Positions 1 through 12,914 of a stretch of 64,000 bases of DNA are shown piece after piece (position 1 is the first letter of the stretch; the number at the start of each line of letters is the position of its first letter). Source of the DNA: Podarcis erhardii (Eukaryota); assembly GCA_964252035.1 (NCBI GenBank), contig OZ176204.1; one strand, given 5' to 3'. The notes under the pieces are model-generated. The model worked only from the letters and a program-made list of their open reading frames with translations, did no database searches and was not told the DNA's origin. The position numbers were made by a program, and so were the translations under genes.

Positions 1-349
1 GTTGCTTCCCACTCAAAGTGCCACACCCAAGTTGTTTTTCTCTCTACAGGCTAAAGATACGGAAACCCATATTTTTTCTCTGTGGGAGGGAAAACATTCT
101 TGGAGGGGTAATTTTAAGCAGAAATTCTACCACAAGGAACCTAGTCTTCTGCTATTCCTCCATTCAAACTCACAGTCCCCTGAGACTGCATTATAACTGG
201 CCATGTGCTGGACCTTAGGAGATCAGATTTACCACGTACACCAATGGCCGCTATGTATTTCATCTTGAGAAACAAATAAATGAGTATCTGTTTGTGATAG
301 TGATGCCTTATTTTATACCAGGCATGAACAGCTTCTCCCATCAAGATGT

Positions 350-694
350 CAGACCTTCCAAGTGTCCCTGTTTTCCAGGGACAGTCCTGGATTTACAGAT
401 GCTGTTCTGGTTTCTGATGTGATCCTGGAACGCCCCGCTTTCCCCTTAGGATGTCCCTATTTTCTTCAGAGAAATGTTGGAGGGTATGGAGTTATCCGAC
501 TCCCAAGCCAACTGAAGGCAGCCATCTATAGGAAAGGTTTTCTTTAATGTTTAAAGTTCTCTTACGTTTATATAAATGTTGGAAGCTGCCCAGAATGGCT
601 GGGGCAACCCAGTCACATGGATGGAGTATAAATAGTAAAAAATGTTGTTGTTGTTGGCACCCCTATTTTCATCAGAGAAATGTTGGAGGGTATG
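350..694. mobile_element. hAT-like MITE (350-488) plus a second copy of its terminus (660-694), with an L2 3'-tail fragment between them
   Basis: The terminal motif CCCTATTTT..CAGAGAAATGTTGGAGGGTATG occurs twice (ending 488 and 694). The left end CAGACCTTCCAAGTGTCCC is its imperfect inverted repeat. The intervening GCTGCCCAGAATGGCTGGGGCAACCCAGTCACATGG matches the L2 3' end at 33.92-33.96 kb. Confidence 0.55.
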
Positions 695-915
695 AGATGT
701 ACATACTAAACAGCTGTATATTGGGGTCTGCCAGGTGCTTGCACATTGTTTATTTCCATTCTGTGTGCTGTTCCAATCACTGTGGGAGGCAGGCCTTTCC
801 CACCCCCCTGAGCAACCAGTAACTTTAATGGAAGGGTGGGAGGCATGTAATTCAAGCAACTGCTGCTACATTAGCAGTATGTGTAGGAAAGGAACAGCTG
901 GCAAAGATAATTGCA

Positions 916-1539
916 TGTTCAGACCCAGAAACCTCCTCCCTAAATAAATTCACACTTGACTAAAATTTTAGTTTTGGTTTTTGGCAGAATTTAGGCCACA
1001 ACTTTATTGATTACAGAAAATGAGTGGTTGCATAGGCTCTGGTTCAACTAGCTCCCTGCCATGCAGGTAGTGCTGACCAAGGGTTCCAGTATAGGTCAGC
1101 CAAGGGTGAACACCTGGATAAGCGGAAAGCCGGGAACAGGCTATCTCTGCCACCCAAATGTCCCCCTCAACTCAGGCATGGGCACAACCCCCTCTCAGGG
1201 GTTGACCAAACCATTGAGTCCCTGGATTCCTTTAAAGGAATACCCTTCACATACGGATGGCGAGAGCATTCTCCCCTCCCTATGACCTGAACCAGAGCCT
1301 ATCCGCAACCTTACAAGTTGTGACGATTTGCTATGCAGCCGGCGAAACCCAAATGGCAACAGCCAATCAGCCAAGTGGGGGAAATTCCTGCCATGCCCCT
1401 GTCCCAACGACAGATGACACACGACAGCATAGCAAGGTCAAGCGCAAAAGCCCTAAAAGTAGGGAGAGGTGGACGGGTGTTCTGAATGCACACAACGAAA
1501 GAGGAAGCTCTGGGTCACGTGCATGGGCATATATAGGTC

Positions 1540-1583
<44 letters not shown>

Positions 1584-1935
1584 TATTTATACCCCGCCCA
1601 TCTGGCTGGGCTTCCCCAGCCACTCTGGACCTCAGTGTTTGGGCAGAACGATGGGGGTGGAGACGCTCCTTCAGATATAATGGACTGAGGCCATTTAGGG
1701 CTTTAAAGGTCAGCACCAACACTTTGAATTGTGCTCGGAAATGTACTGGGAGCCAATGTAGGTCTTTCAAGACCGGTGTTATGTGGTCTCGGCGGCCGCT
1801 CCCAGTCACCAGTCTAGCTGCACCCCATTGGCCAGATTAAATCCAGCATCAAGGGACCTACCAATCGGGTGTTGTGGCTGACTAATCTTACCCACCCACA
1901 ACACAGGGTATCGGTTTCCAGGTCTCACCACAACA
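916..1935 (-). mobile_element. LTR-like element (solo-LTR-like), interrupted by an L2 fragment
   Basis: Minus-strand AATAAAGTTGTGGCC near 985-999. Shares CATAGCAA(A)T(C/T)GTCACAACTT and GG(C/A)AGGAATTT motifs with the 12.2-12.9 kb element. TGTT...AACA termini are possible but no TSD was found, so the boundaries are approximate. Confidence 0.45.
1541..1821 (-). mobile_element. L2 LINE 3' fragment with internal deletion and (TAA)n tail
   Basis: Reverse complement matches the L2 at about 33500-33690 and 33925-33960 (LHWLPVHFRAQFKVLVLTFKALNGL). The TAA/TTA microsatellite tail lies at 1541-1582. Confidence 0.9.
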
Positions 1936-2282
1936 CGTGCCCTCTTTAAGGGAGGACACAATTTGTGAATGGAGCACTGGTATTGGAACGGCATAAGTGA
2001 ACTGGATGTTTAGCACTGGGCACTTTGGGTGACCTCTGGCATTATGCTTCCCCCTGGTCTCTGTTTTCAATTTAACATGGTACACCAGCTGCTTGGAATG
2101 CTGCGAGTCTCAATCCGAAAAGCATCTCTGCCTTTGACTCTGCCTTTGAGAAGGGCATTGCTTTGGGCTCACTGTTCAGCCAACTGTGTGTGCAGCAAGA
2201 ATCGGTGCTCTGCACTGTGACCTTGGTGTATTTGACCTGGGAGCCCCGGAGAGATGTAAAGGAAATAAACAGAAAACCCCAA

Positions 2283-2283
<1 letters not shown>

Positions 2284-2319
<36 letters not shown>
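2284..2319. repeat. (TG)n microsatellite
   Basis: Direct read. Confidence 0.98.
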
Positions 2320-2322
<3 letters not shown>

Positions 2323-2851
2323 ATCAGCAGAAAAGATGAATGAATACGCTGCAAGGTTGATCAATATTTTAGTTCTTCTATTAGCAGTTCTCCTTTTGCG
2401 TGACCCCCAGACTAACAAAGCCATGTGGCTCCTTTTTTCCAGCGCCTCTTTGTACTGTGACACAGTGCCCTGCCACCTTTAAGGAAATGGGATTCCTTGT
2501 ATTAGTTGTCGCCAATAAACCTAGCTCAGCTGTCAAGAAAGACAGATTTTTCCTATGTGCTTTTTGTCATGCAGAGTTTGTATTAGGCATTCTGTGTTTA
2601 TTAGGTGTATGCTTCTTCAGACTCTATCTTCAGTTGTCCCTTCATGTAATTATGGTTGGTTTTCTGGTCATAAATAAGTCTTACATGGGAACTGAAGGCT
2701 AAGGGGAAATATATGTATGTGAAGAATATGGTCTCTCCAACCATTTATCATTTCATACAGCAGTTATTCTTTGAGTGCCAGTGGCATTTGTATGAGAGGA
2801 GGAGTGGGGGGAAATGATTGTGAACTAGTACTCACTTCCCCTATAGCAAGT

Positions 2852-2962
2852 AATAGAATCATAGAGTTGGAAGAGACCATGAGGATCATCTAGTCCAACT
2901 CCCAACATGGGACTCGAACCCATGACCTTGAGATTAAAAGTCTCATGCTCTACCAACTGAGC
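2852..2962 (-). mobile_element. Short tRNA-Lys-derived SINE with CR1-type 3' tail
   Basis: The reverse complement GCTCAGTTGGTAGAGCATGAGACTTTTAATCTCAAGGTCATGGGTTCGAGTCCCATGTTGGG is tRNA-Lys-like with A and B boxes. It is joined to GTTGGACTAGATGATCCTCATGGTCTCTTCCAACTCTATGATTCT, which matches the CR1 3' end at 54780-54830. Confidence 0.85.
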
Positions 2963-5053
2963 CTATTTCAGTCCCATTAAGCTGGTGAAGAAGAACTGTG
3001 AGATGCTGATGGGGTCTGTTAACCCCATTCCAGAGATCTGTAGTTCTGACATCTGTGCCCCTAAATGGTCTAAAAGAGTATACTTCCAGATGGACCATCA
3101 CTCACTGGTAGAGAACATACTTTGAGGTCTTAATTTAACTGAAGCTGCAATCCTGCACAAAGATATTTTCAAGAAAGCACCATGGCAATCAATGGGGCAT
3201 GATGAATCTGTGTAGGTGCATATACAGCCTCAGGCAGACTTGCTATGACATATTCTCTTGAAGACAATTTGGTTCCCTGAAGAATTTCCATTTCCGAAAA
3301 ATCTGCCACAACTCAATTGGAAATAATAGAGCAGACTTATCATAAAGTGTGTTTAAAAAGTAAGGAAAATGACAAACCCAAGTGTTTCTGACGTGGTGAT
3401 TATTAACATCGATTATGATTTTGTAGTAACAATAATGTGAGACATACAGAAAGAGGGTCCACCCTCCCTGCATAGTCGGCTATGAGTCACAGAGAAATGA
3501 AATTTGTAATACATAAGGCATTACGGTAACTTTTATTGAACCAATCATTCAATGTAAAAAGCATACAGCCTTGCTTGCTGTCTGCATATCACTCTGAATT
3601 GGGGAAGTGTCCATTTCCATCCTGGAATGCCAATCTGTATCTATTTGCTACTCTCTGGTGGCAATCAAGTCTCAGACTATTTTGCTTTTGTTTTCCCCCA
3701 TCAGGCTATTTTATATTATACCCAGCACTCAGTGCTTCCAAGAGTAAAACTTAAGTCAGTGTGGAGAGCTTGCATGCTGCACCCACTGTAGTGTAGGTTA
3801 GTGCCTAAGAGCCAAACTACACATTATGTTAAATGTATGACCATATTTCACGTATCTACATTTTGTTTTTTTAAAATAGCAGCTGTTGTGGGTTAACATT
3901 TTTCCTTGAGCTTTGGTGTCAATGAAAATTACCATCTGCAAGCAGCTACTGTATATGCTCTGTAGGGGGAAGCTCCTATTTGGCACCAGTGAGTTTCCCA
4001 AGTCAAATAATCTCTCTGCTGTTGTACTTCCAACAGAGTGCAGGGTTGCTGTTGCCTTTACCCCATTTTCAAGGTGGCCAAAGGGTGTTGGCAAGCATCT
4101 TTGCTTTAATTCCACAAATCATCTCTCTGGTGGTTTGTGCAAGGATAAATGTTAATATACCTTTAGACACACTTCCCATATCTAGTTTAGGAAGTTAGGG
4201 CCAAGGAGGAGGCAGGGATAGAAGCAGAAGGAGAAAGTTGCCAAAGGAGAGGGGTTATGTTGTACAGAGTTCTATAATCAAGTATTTCTTGTTCAACTTC
4301 CCATGATTCAATTGAAGCTTAGGGAAAGATGTCATGAGGTCAGTTCACCCATGAATTTTTTTGTGATCAGGAAGCACAGGCAGTTGGGGAAGCTGTAGAC
4401 TGTAGGATAAATGTTTAATGGCAAGATAAACAAGCACCCCACCCACAGCCAGCTTGCAGCAAGAAGGTAATCTCACCTTTGCCCCCACTAACGTTCTAAA
4501 GAAATATTTTAAGTGCCTTGAGAATTGGGCGGAAAAATGGAAGCTTCTTTTTGCAATGGAAGAAAACTTTTAAGAAACTGGAGAACAGGTCTGAGCACAG
4601 TACTAGCTGAAATCTAACCCCTGCCCTGAACTTAATAATTGGACTTAGATAGCCATTCTGTGTTAACTTCACTCCTAAATTGTCCCCTATTGGCGTAATA
4701 ATACTGATATCCTCTGCCTTTAAAACTCTCTGCCTTGCTTACTGAGTGAGGCCCACTCAGCATGCCAGCACTGGGAGGGTAAGGATGCTTGTGTAGAGGC
4801 AGTTCCAAGGGGGGTGTTTGTCATATACGTGGTTTTGCATATACATGGAATGCATGATGTGATGATACTGTATTGTTGTTACCCTTGTTGAACCTAGACA
4901 TCTTTCTGTTTTGCAAGGTACTGAAGGTAGTGCATGCCAGTCATTAGAATTTGCTGATGGTATCAGATACAACCTTTTTTCCAGATCCACCTTTAGTCCC
5001 AACTTTCAACAAGTGATTCCCAACTTAGTCCCAACTTTTCAACAAGCTGGGTG

Positions 5054-6062
5054 CTCATCAATGGTTCCTCTTCATCCTGGAGAAGAGTGACTAGTGGGGT
5101 GCCACAGGGTTCTGTCTTGGGCCCGGTCTTATTCAACATCTTTATCAACGACTTGGATGATGGACTCAAGGGCATCCTGATCAAATTTGCAGATGACACC
5201 AAACTGGGAGGGGTGGCTAACACCCCAGAGGACAGGATCACACTTCAAAACGACCTTGACAGATTAGAGAACTGGGCCAAAACAAACAAGATGAATTTTA
5301 ACAGGGAGAAATGTAAAGTATTGCACTTGGGCAAAAAAAATGAGAGGCACAAATACAAGATGGGTGACACCTGGCTTGAGAGCAGTACATGTGAAAAGGA
5401 TCTAGGAGTCTTGGTTGACCACAAACTTGACATGAGCCAACAGTGTGATGCGGCAGCTAAAAAAGCCAATGCAATTCTGGGCTGCATCAATAGGAGTATA
5501 GCATCTAGATCAAGGGAAGTAATAGTGCCACTGTATTCTGCTCTGGTCAGACCTCACCTGGAGTACTGTGTCCAGTTCTGGGCACCACAGTTCAAGAAGG
5601 ACACGGACAAACTGGAACGTGTCCAGAGGAGGGCAACCAAAATGGTCAAAGGCCTGGAAACGATGCCTTATGAGGAACGGCTAAGGGAGTTGGGCATGTT
5701 TAGCCTGGAGAAGAGGAGGTTAAGGGGTGATATGATAGCCATGTTCAAATATATAAAAGGATGTCACATAGAGGGAGAAAGGTTGTTTTCGGCTGCTCCA
5801 GAGAAGCGGACACGGAGCAATGCATCCAAACTACAAGAAAGAAGATTCCACCTAAACATTAGGAAGAACTTCCTGACAGTAAGAGCTGTTCGACAGTGGA
5901 ATTTGCTGCCAAGGAGTGTGGTGGAGTCTCCTTCTTTGGAGGTCTTTAAGCAGAGGCTTGACAACCATATGTCAGGAGTGCTCTGATGGTGTTTCCTGCT
6001 TGGCAGGGGGTTGGACTCGATGTCCCTTGTGGTCTCTTCCAATTCTGTGATTCTATTCTATG
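5054..6062 (+). mobile_element. CR1 LINE, 5'-truncated; ORF2 RT C-terminal part (ORF 5051-5986)
   Basis: RT motifs [19 protein letters not shown] and KFADDTKL, the CR1-typical [17 protein letters not shown], and an (ATTCT..)n tail. Confidence 0.97.
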
Positions 6063-7253
6063 ATTCCCCTTCCTCCTTTGCAGTCTTCCTTTTCCTTTTC
6101 CCATTCTGCAAAAGTGCCCAGCTGCTGCCATTTTAGATTGCCTTCTCTTGCCCAACGCTACTTTCCTTGTGCAATCTTTTTTCCTTTGTGTTTCCACTTT
6201 CCCCCTATCAATCAGTGTTGTTGTTGTTGTTTAAAAAAACGACTTACCAAAGGGGAGGAGGACTGTATGGTGGTAAAGCCATTTTTGCAACCCATCTCCT
6301 ATCATGGTGCAACCAAGCAGTGAGTCATGTCAATGGGCATCTATTTCTTTCAGCATCTAGTTTTGTAAAAATGTGCTGCAGGCAGGACTGATATAGGTGA
6401 AGGACGCTTATGTGACTTGATGGCCATATCTCAAAAAGATCTGAAATTTAAACCTGCCATAGTGAAGTTACATTCTCTCTGTCTCGGATTGGCTCTGTGA
6501 GAGGGTGTTTAGTGTGTAGCTCTCATTAGGATCATCCAGCTGTCACACAAAGGAGGTGTTTTGCCACCAGCAGTTTTTGTTCAAGTGATGCATGTTGTCT
6601 GTTGGTGTATCCAGATGAACTCAGCATCTACTTGGTGAATCACAGCAAGCATTCGCCAGACTACTTATAGGAGGGGCAGCTTTTCAGGTTTCCTTGATTG
6701 GGAGTAGAGATTTTAGAATAAATGTGGGATGGGGAGCAAGAGACACAGCAAAAGTGAAATGCCAGCATTTTTAAAAGCATTTGTTGTTTATTTTTATTTT
6801 CTAACTCCCCCCGCCCCCGATCCTTCTTCTGTCATGGAGCCCACAAAAGTGTACATGTGGTTCCCATCCAAGCACTGATCAGACGCAGCTTCATGTGGTT
6901 TTAAGCCATAACCTGGGACTTCAAAATGGCCACATTTATGGTGGTGTTGAAGGAAACAAAAACCCCTCCATATGGCTTGAAATGGGATAGAGCAATTACC
7001 TACAACCACTTGGCTTCCCAAAATAGTGCCTTGAGGATTCCGTGGCCATTTCTATTTTAGGTAGAAGAAGCAAGTCCCTTTTTAAAAGTGACCTATGCTA
7101 GCATGAAAGAGCAAGGAAATCCAGAGGAAACTGTAGCAACAATAGACTAGTGGTGGCTGGGGACCATCAAGATTGTTGGCGCAGACTGCAAGGAGCCCAA
7201 GCAGCAGGCAGAGCCCAAGCCAATGACAGGTTGGTTTTGTTTTTTGCCCCCAG

Positions 7254-7340
7254 CCTCCTCTCTGCTGAGTTCTATAAAGACAACATTGAGACTACGGAGG
7301 AAGAAGTCGACCGGTTGTCCAACCACCGCCCGGACTGGTT
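7254..7340 (+). CDS. Candidate 87-nt internal exon (LLSAEFYKDNIETTEEEVDRLSNHRPDW); gene not recognised
   Basis: Pyrimidine tract ending in CAG, GTAAGT donor, length divisible by 3, open frame and several retained CpGs. No partner exon or homology recognised. Confidence 0.25.
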
Positions 7341-8156
7341 GTAAGTAAGATGGCAGACAGGTGGGGGCTGGGAGAGGGCAGACTGAGGTTGGTGGGGCAG
7401 TGCCCCACTTGCCATAACGGACCTGGCTCCTCTACAACATGCTATAGGAACAAAAGTCATCCTGGGCACCCATCTCCTATTTTCCCCATGTACCTACATT
7501 GATCGTAAGGCATTCTGCAAGCAGTATCGCTTCAAAAATCTGACAGTAAAGTTTGATCACACCAATTTATAGTTTGTTCCAGGCCTCCATTGGTATTAAA
7601 TTACCTAGTTTCAGATTTGTATCATTTTAATTTGATATTTTATGTCTAAAAAAGAAATTGCATGACTTACCGTTCCCTCACTTTCAATATTTGTCCATCA
7701 AAGCTAACAATGGCCCAGGGAAATGTCCATATTAGTTCTTAAGGAAAAGCAAGCAAGGAAAGGAACAACTTTGTTTTCAGGCTGCTAACATCTTCACATC
7801 AAACTTCCACTGTCGTAATACGTTATCTGTTTCATTGATTTCAATGTCAGGGTCCCCCCCCCCCCAGATTGTCAGGAGATGAATATGCTACAGTTTGAAA
7901 TAATTTTATTTGAATATTTATAGCCCACCTCTCTTTTGTAACTTCTGAGGTGGTTCATGGCATACTTAAAACCAGCAATATATAAAAACAGCAATCCAAT
8001 ATTTAAAAAGCAACAAAAACATTTAAAGCAGTAGGAGAAAATCAGATGAAAAGGCACGGAGGTCCATTAAAAACCTGTGCAACAGAAATGTCTTCTTCAG
8101 CTGGGATGTGAAAACGATGGACAAGGGCACCACACTAAGGAGCAGAGGCAGGGAAT

Positions 8157-8419
8157 TACCGTATTTTTTGCTCTATAAGACTCACTTTTTCCTTCCTAAA
8201 AAGTAAGGGGAAATATGTGTGCGTCTTATGGAGCGAATGCAGGCTGCGCAGCTATCACAGAAGCCAGAACAGCAAGAGGGATTGCTGCTTTCACTGCGCA
8301 GTGATCCCTCTTGCTGTTCTGGCTTCTGAGATTCAGAATATTTTTTTTCTTGTTTGCCTCCTCCAAAAACTAGGTGCGTCTTGTGGTCTGGTACATCTTA
8401 TAGAGTGAAAAATACGGTA
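8157..8419. mobile_element. Tc1/mariner-type MITE
   Basis: TIRs TACCGTATTTTTTGCTCTATAAGA / TCTTATAGAGTGAAAAATACGGTA, with TA at both ends. Confidence 0.85.
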
Positions 8420-8624
8420 TGTAAGCAAGGTGCCACAACCAAAAAAAACTGTGTCTAGAGATGGTGGAAACTCACCTTGGATTAACTTGGAAAATCAGAA
8501 AAAGGTAATTTTTTTAGTCAATCCAAGGGCTTGGAAATATTACCTCTGTCCTTTGTCCACTGCCCTGCATCATTCCTCTCCCTATAATCTCATCGAGTGA
8601 ACCCACATCATTATATTGCGCATC

Positions 8625-8704
8625 ATTGTATTGTATTGTATTGTATTGTATTGTATTGTATTGTATTGTATTGTATTGTATTGTATTGTATTGTATTGTA
8701 TTGT
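8625..8704. repeat. (ATTGT)n pentanucleotide microsatellite
   Basis: About 16 perfect units. It explains the IVLYC and YNTIQ pseudo-ORFs. Confidence 0.98.
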
Positions 8705-10384
8705 GGAGGTGGTGGTAGAGTGCTTTGGGGGCAAAAACCAAGGGAAGAGGAGCCCACCTCTTGTAGAGGACTCACAGGGGTTTGGTTTGCCTCTCCCACT
8801 CTGTGTTTTGGCCCTGTACATCTTTATTCCATCCCCATTTGATTTCATGATGGGTATCCATTACACACTACTGCGCACTGCTCAGTCCAAGAGCTGATCT
8901 GACCATATTTGTCAATGAGTGTCTGCTTCTTTTTTCTAACATCTTTACCAAACTGAATGTTTTCTAGTTTCTTTAAGCTAACATCCAAATAACCAACGGT
9001 GCATGTTTGTTTGTGTGTGAGAGTGAGTGAGTGAGTGAGTGAGTGAGAGATGCTTAGTTTTTGCCGTTTGAGGGTACATTTTAAATAGTACTGCTTCAGC
9101 TTACTTTATCAGTTAGGAATGGCCTTTTGAAATGGAAATCAATCTCTTAACTTAATTTGAATCTAAAATTGCTTGGACATTCAGGGCTCGGCTCTGTGGT
9201 CTCCTTAAGGCAGTTTTCATGAAGTTCCAATTAGGAATATAATCAAATTTTTGAAACTCTTCAATCACATTGTGCTCACATGTTATTATATAAGGAAACT
9301 TGTTTGTGCATTCAATGTGTTTATATTCTTCAGACTCTTTTTATCGGCTATTAGACATGCAGCTCTCATGACCTCCCTTTTGTCCTTTCTTAATTCTGTA
9401 CTTCAGAAGAATATAAAACAAGAAGTTGCTGTCTGTGAACATCATTCTTATTTGGAAAGGAAACCAAATCCACTTGTCATTCTAAAACTCACTTATAACC
9501 ACAAGATGGGCATGCCATTTATCTAGGTAACAATACAAACCTGAATGTTCAAGTGATGAGTCATTCTGAGAGATGTCGGTTTTGGGGGGGCCCTCTGCTT
9601 GAGACAATATAAATGGACCTATTTCCCTATATTCCAACTACTTCAATTTTAACACTGGTAATTTGAGGGAGAGCTCAAAGTTCTGCCTGATGCAATAAAA
9701 AGGCTTATTGCTGAAAGGTGCAGGATCCTCAGGCTGGATCAGAAATCTGATGTTTGGAAGGGGGGGGGTGTTTTAACGCTTGTCCCCCTGCTGTGATCCT
9801 GGATCCACACTGGGAGATGTGCCATTTATCTGTAAAAAACCAATCCTATAATTATTAATTGCAGGATTGATATCTCATCTAGTTTGGCCAAAAGACAAAT
9901 ATTCTGACCCCCAAGGTTTGCGCACAGCAGAATGATAGAATGCTGAGGCAGTACAATGGTCTGTGCTCTTTCAGAGTGCTGGTAGGAGAGGCATTTTAAT
10001 GCTCTACAATTGCATGTGTAGATGTGTGTGTGTGTATTGTTTCACACCACTCCAATATTTTAGTGGTGTGAGATTCCAGAGGTTCCAGGTGTTTACGCAG
10101 GGTTTGTGTTTTCTTTTGGAATGAGGCACAGTGGAGACTGTGGGGTCTTTATGATATGTGGTTTATTTACACATATATACAACCTGAGCATATGATGGAG
10201 GGGTTGGCAGCATTAACACCCCAAGAGGGTCTTGCTTCTGTTGCGGCCACAGCCTTGGGATACTAACAAAAATCAAGCATAGCTCTATCTCCCAGCCTGG
10301 AGCCTTCTAGCATCTGGTTCACAAAACTCAACTCTTAGTTCTGGCCTTTGTCTTTCTAACTACCACCTAGTTGAGGGGCCCACC

Positions 10385-10554
10385 TAGGGTTGCAAAATTG
10401 CAAAGAAATTGGATGTTTTTGAGCTTTTTCTGAGGAAAGTCGACTGCCATATGTCTGGATTTTCCCGGTCATTTAGCCGATTTCTGCCCGGACACTGATT
10501 GCGGCTGCAATATTCCAGATATGTCTGGGTAATTCTGGACATATGAGAACCCTA
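10385..10554. mobile_element. hAT-like MITE (TAGGGTTG termini); related copy at 19911-20104
   Basis: TAGGGTTGC...AACCCTA termini. The shared interior (TTTCTGCC.GGACACTG...ATTCC.GATATGTC) is present in both copies. Confidence 0.7.
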
Positions 10555-12200
10555 GACCAATCTGTTACAGAGCCACTTCCTTTGTTACCTTAATGGTCCA
10601 TACTTAGAGGACTTCACCAGGAAGCTAGCCAGGCTATCCCAGGAATTGAATATGTGCTGGATCCAGGGCATACACAGTCTAACCCACTCCAAACTCATAT
10701 TAGTATGTAATTTACATAGCATATGATGTTTGAGTTAGGTCTGTGTTGCACTGCTGAATTAGTAAGACTTCCTCCTATTATTTCTTCTTAAGAAACTCAA
10801 TTCTTTATTCTTTTTCTTGAGATCTTTCCAGGCTTTGTTTCATTTCACTAGAGAGCCTAACAAGATCACGATCATGAATGCAATGCTTGTAAAAGCACTG
10901 GCTTAAATGCTGCAAAATGCACCAGTTTTTTCCACAATATCTCATTAATTTGTTTTAGCCAAATAAAGTAAAAAGAAGATGATGATACATTACACACAAC
11001 ATCTTTAGGCTGTCATTTTATATATAAGAGGGGTTTGATTAATTATACAAAATCATTAAAGGAAATGTCGGTTGTAGGGGAATAAAGAAAAACTCCCAAG
11101 TACAGAGCTCAGATCCAGGTAAATGTGATTGATGCTCATTGTTGTTCTCGCTGTGAGGCTCCATCAATGTAATTAAATTAAAAGTGAGGAAGTGGGCTGA
11201 AATGGTCTCATCACTTCTTAGAAACATGAGGATGATGGAGAGAGAGTCTAACAAGTAAGTAGCATCCACATACAACAAAAATGCAATAAAGGCTGGGACG
11301 GGGAGAGGACCTTGGTCAATTGGATATTGTTGAATGTTTCATCTTAATTTTCTTCTCTGCTGCAGAAACAAGCTTGTCTCATTGGGAATATTATAGTTCA
11401 TTCATGTCCAAACAAATTAATGTCTCAGCTTACTCAAACCATTATGTCTGTTCTGTATCACTTGGCATTGCCAGACATGAAACCTGGAAGGCTTGCTGTG
11501 GTTTGATTTGAAGAATTTAAACAATTTCTCTTTGGAAACCTTTTGTGGTAGGGCAAATTGTAGTTGATATCAGCTAAAATAGATGTGCTATTTTGTTAGC
11601 TAGGACCCCAAGTTAGGGAAGTAATACTTCTATGTTATATGGCTTGTTTTTAAAGACCATTTGTGCTTTGTACACTAGAGTGAACATACAGCCTAACACT
11701 CATGGACAGGGGCACAAGAAATATCTGTAATTTGAGCGGGGAGGGAGCAGTGGCAGCATATTCACAACCATGGCTAAGGCTGTTCTGAACAATTATAGCA
11801 GATCCATAGAGAAGAAAAATGGCAGCTCCATGATCACCACATGTTTTGCCCTCATTATCATCTCTATACATATGTTAATAGCGCACTTAGGTGACTGCAT
11901 GTTATTCAGTATAGAAGCAAAACAGGGCCACCTATAAACAAAATGGTAATTTCTACATGGGGGGGGGGCACACAGAACTATGTGAGTTTGTAAATTAAAA
12001 GGAAAAAAATGACCAGGTCTGTTAAGCCTGACAGCTGCTCTGTGTTGATGTCTCCTAGAACTCATTAAAAAGATTCCCTTGACAAACACAGCTTGAAAAT
12101 TGCCACTTACCCAGTACAGAGGTGGGTGGTGGTTGCGACCCAGCACAACGTTTCCCCCTCCTTCTGAAGCCATGATACATTTGCCCCAACTGTTGGCTCC

Positions 12201-12914
12201 TCTCCCTTGGCTGCTGCAGTGCCTGCTGGATTCCCGCCAAACCCCATTTTAAAATTTCTGGCCAATCCGCGGTGGCCTTGGGGGCAAGGCCATCTTGGCA
12301 GTGCAGTCAGCCCCATTGCGTCACCCACCCAGCCCATCCTCTAATCTTGTTTTCTTGCAGACTAACCTTTTCTTTCCAGGCGTGCGGCCGTGGCCATGGT
12401 CATGCAATGGTTGCTGTCTTCAGAGCTGGGAAGGAATTTTCCCTGCTCTTCAGGTTTTGCCTTCCCCATAGCAATTGTCACAACTTTGGCGGTTTATTCC
12501 TTGGGCAGAATCCTTTAGTCAAACATCTGAGGAAGGGGTGAAGGGGTGACTCATCCACTTCCTGCGGCGGTAATAACAGGGTACTCGATTAGAGGGGTCA
12601 TGAGCGTAGTCTCTGTCCACAAGCACACGGTGGATGGGCAATAGGGCTACTCTCAGCGATTCGGGGAGGGAGCAGTTGCATAAACTCACATTTTGCGTTG
12701 GTGCCATCTTCCCCTCACTGACCCTTTCATGCCTCAGACCCCCAGCAGGGGGCTGAGATGGATACCCGCCCAATACCTATGCCAAGGTTTACCTACATCT
12801 GAATTCAATAAAGTTGTGGCCATTTTTATCCCAAATGCATGTTGCCGTGTCTTCTCCTTTCACCATGAGGTCTGGCTCCTGGGGGAGGGAGTACTGCGTT
12901 TGGGTACTTAACCA
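12201..12914 (+). mobile_element. LTR-like element
   Basis: AATAAAGTTGTGGCC at about 12827, a CpG-richer body and motifs shared with the 0.9-1.9 kb element. Starts with TG; boundaries and TSD are uncertain. Confidence 0.5.

Noticed and set aside
1257-1840. ORFs with poly-Ile, poly-Asn and poly-Leu runs
   Set aside because: They are translations of the (TAA)n L2 tail; the same applies at 33802-34192 and 61933-62124.
4993-5490. Antisense ORFs ([15 protein letters not shown]..., [10 protein letters not shown]...)
   Set aside because: They are reverse-strand reads of CR1 ORF2 and recur identically at the 53.8 kb CR1.
8514-8897. ORFs with IVLYC or YNTIQ repeats
   Set aside because: They are translations of the (ATTGT)n microsatellite.
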